Source of the DNA: Candidatus Bathyarchaeota archaeon
GTDB taxonomy: Archaea > Thermoproteota > Bathyarchaeia > Bathyarchaeales > Bathycorpusculaceae
Length of the DNA stretch: 64,000 bases
Assembly: GCA_963775465.1 (NCBI GenBank)
Contig: CAVZIW010000013.1
Coordinates: forward strand, 64,001 to 128,000
Direction of reading: 5' to 3'
Every line of letters begins with the position of its first letter. Position 1 is the first letter of the stretch. The notes beneath the pieces were generated by a model. That model ran no database searches. It saw only the letters and a program-made list of their open reading frames with translations, and was not told the DNA's origin. The position numbers and the translations under genes were made by a program. Positions 61,896-64,000 of this stretch are shown here, in pieces.

Positions 61896-63056
61896 TTAGA
61901 AGGCAGCTGCAATTCGGTTGCAAGCTTCCACAATGCGTTCTTTAGGCTGTGTAAAAGTAATTCGCGCATAACCTTCTCCATACTTGCCAAAACCAAGACC
62001 AGGAGTAATAGCTACACCCACATCAAGCAGTCTTGCAGCAAACTTCACAGAATCGCACTTGCAGTTAACCCAAACATAGAAGGTGGCTTTGGGGCTTTCA
62101 ACTTCATAGCCCAACTTACAGAGGGTGGTAACGAGCATGTCACGACGTTCTTGCAAGGTTTGATTATTCTTTTTCAGGAATGCTGGGACTTCATGATTCT
62201 TGTAAGATGCAAGTGCTTTTGTTGCAGCTTTTTGGGTATAAACAGGTGGCCCACTATCGATTTGGGTCTTCACTTTAGCCAATCCATCAACTAACTTTTT
62301 GTTTCCAACTGCAAAAGCGATGCGGTCGCCAGTCATGTTGAAAGTCTTGGAAAGAGAATGAAACTCCAAAGCAACATCTATAGCCCCGTCAACTTCCAAA
62401 ATGCTTGGAGCGCGATAGTCATCGTATGTGATTTCGGAGTAAGCGTTGTCATAGCATAAAATAATATTGTGTTCTTTTGCGAAATCAATAGCATCTTTGA
62501 GGAAGTTTTTGTCAACTGTTGCAGCAGTGGGGTTGTTGGGGTAATTGAGAAACATCATTTTGGCGCCTTCTGTATTGATTGTATCGAAGTCTGGTTTGAA
62601 ATTATTCTCCTCCAACAAGGGAATAGGCACGGTTTTTCCATCGCAAAGAATTGCGCTGCCATTGGCGTACACTGGGTATGCGGGATCTGGGACCAAAACG
62701 CGATCACCCGGATTTATGAATGCGCGCGCTGTGTTTGCAATACCTTCCTTTGAGCCTAAAAGGGCAATTACTTGGTCATTCTTTAAATCAACGCCGAACC
62801 GTTCCTTGCACCATTCGGTCACCGCGGTTCGGAAGGCTGGTTCGCCTTGGCTAAAAGAATAATTATGGTTCTTTAGGTCACTAGCTTCTTTTTTTAGAGA
62901 TTCTAATATAAACGGTGGCGGCGGGAGGTCAGGATCACCTATGCTAAGTGAGATGAGATCAACACCGCAACGTTTCTTTTCTCGTGCAAGCGTTTCTAGT
63001 TCAGCAAATAGATAGGGAGGCAAACGTTTAATTCTATCAGAAAATTCAAATGTCAT
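61896..63056 (-). CDS. dapL: LL-diaminopimelate aminotransferase
   Basis: LPPYLFA, IGDPD, GSKEG, NYPNNPT, HSLSKTFNMTG.R; in operon with dapF/lysA. Confidence 0.85.
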   Translation of the reverse strand: MTFEFSDRIKRLPPYLFAELETLAREKKRCGVDLISLSIGDPDLPPPPFILESLKKEASDLKNHNYSFSQGEPAFRTAVTEWCKERFGVDLKNDQVIALLGSKEGIANTARAFINPGDRVLVPDPAYPVYANGSAILCDGKTVPIPLLEENNFKPDFDTINTEGAKMMFLNYPNNPTAATVDKNFLKDAIDFAKEHNIILCYDNAYSEITYDDYRAPSILEVDGAIDVALEFHSLSKTFNMTGDRIAFAVGNKKLVDGLAKVKTQIDSGPPVYTQKAATKALASYKNHEVPAFLKKNNQTLQERRDMLVTTLCKLGYEVESPKATFYVWVNCKCDSVKFAARLLDVGVAITPGLGFGKYGEGYARITFTQPKERIVEACNRIAAAF

Positions 63057-63059
63057 GTT

Positions 63060-63893
63060 TCATGGCTCCTGAAATAAAGTTCCTTCGAAAACTTTCTCGG
63101 CTGCTCCAATCAAGAGCAGGGTTTTACCCACTTCGACTTCTAAATCGCCGCCGAGAAGATGAACTGTGACATTGTTATCAACTCTTCCAAGCCTGTTTGC
63201 AGCTGCGACAGCAGCACACGTTCCTGTTCCACATGCCAACGTTTCGCCACAACCGCGTTCCCAAACCCTAACTTTGAGCTCGTTTCGGTTTAAGACTTGA
63301 ACAAAAGCAACATTGGTTCTGTCTGGGAAAGCTTTGTAATTCTCAACAATCGGACCGATAATATTAACGGGGAATTCCTCAACTTCTTCGACAAATATTA
63401 TACAATGCGGATTGCCCATAGAAAGACAAGTCATAGAGTAAGGCTTGTTGCCAATTTCTAAGGTTTCATTGATGAAGGTTCCTTGACCTTGCATAGACAG
63501 GGCTGAGCGTTCCCAGTTTGGTGCGCCCATATCCACTTTAACAGAGTAAACTTCGCTACCTTTTATAGTCAACCATATTTGTTTTACGCCCGAAAGTGTT
63601 TCAACATTAAACGCGTTTTTGGAAACTACACCGTTTTCATAGCAGTATTTTGAGAAGCAACGAATGCCATTACCGCACATTTCTGCTTCACTACCGTCAG
63701 CATTAAAAATCCGCATCTTAACATCTGCAACATTGGAAGGACAAACAAGCAACAAGCCATCTGCACCTATGGAGAAGCGTCGTTGGCACAATTTTTTAGC
63801 TAACTTTGGAACCTGTTGCTCGCTAATTCCCTGTTTTTTGCTATCGACCACTATATAGTCGTTGCCTAAGCCGTGCATCTTCCAAAAAAGCAT
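63060..63893 (-). CDS. dapF: diaminopimelate epimerase
   Basis: KMHGLGND, NADGSEAEMCGNG, GNPH, ERGCGETLACGTG. Confidence 0.97.
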   Translation of the reverse strand: MLFWKMHGLGNDYIVVDSKKQGISEQQVPKLAKKLCQRRFSIGADGLLLVCPSNVADVKMRIFNADGSEAEMCGNGIRCFSKYCYENGVVSKNAFNVETLSGVKQIWLTIKGSEVYSVKVDMGAPNWERSALSMQGQGTFINETLEIGNKPYSMTCLSMGNPHCIIFVEEVEEFPVNIIGPIVENYKAFPDRTNVAFVQVLNRNELKVRVWERGCGETLACGTGTCAAVAAANRLGRVDNNVTVHLLGGDLEVEVGKTLLLIGAAEKVFEGTLFQEP

Positions 63894-63897
63894 TTTC

Positions 63898-64000
63898 TTA
63901 CTCCTCCATCCGTTGTTTAATCGTTAAATCTGCTAGCTGCTCGCGCTCCCTAACTACTAAGACTTTTCCCTGTCTAACCATTACTTCAGATGCTCTTGGA
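63898..64000 (-). CDS. lysA: diaminopimelate decarboxylase, C-terminal end (truncated by window)
   Basis: PRASEVMVRQGKVLVVRERE..DL matches the LysA C-terminus; directly upstream of dapF. Confidence 0.8.
   Translation of the reverse strand, partial: PRASEVMVRQGKVLVVREREQLADLTIKQRMEE

Overview
AT-rich archaeal chromosomal window, most likely Bathyarchaeia. This is inferred from gene content and style (archaeal PAC2, CTP-dependent riboflavin kinase, EndoQ, initiator tRNA, ribophorin-I-like gene, wHTH-TM-ectodomain regulators, GGAGG/GGTGA RBSs). 1-5.5 kb is accessory-like: small and secreted hypotheticals ending at a tRNA-Gly(TCC) preceded by a Zn-finger ORF that looks like the N-terminal piece of a split integrase. 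5.5-35.6 kb is mostly housekeeping: two cyclophilins, a GH57/GT4 alpha-glucan operon, tldD/E, EndoQ, hypA plus Mrp ATPase, pgk with a bacterial-type gap, ADP-forming acetyl-CoA synthetase alpha, and a hisGDCBHAFI operon with a structured leader. A candidate C/D-box sRNA, tRNA-iMet and a ribophorin-I-like gene follow. About 39.7-56.5 kb is a dense metal/redox/oxidative-stress cluster (CopA with an apparent ATC start, YHS, PDO, FprA, rubrerythrin, ferredoxins, Grx plus FTR-rubredoxin, Nth, peroxiredoxin, wHTH-VIT1 fusion, two divergent Cys-rich regulators flanking tandem palindromes, ferritin-like, flavodoxin, KGG protein). The window ends with a B12 radical SAM, an M42 peptidase, an MtdA/B-like dehydrogenase, MscS and lysA'-dapF-dapL. 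No CRISPR array, rRNA or intact transposase was seen. All protein calls come from motif recognition by eye; no database searches were run.
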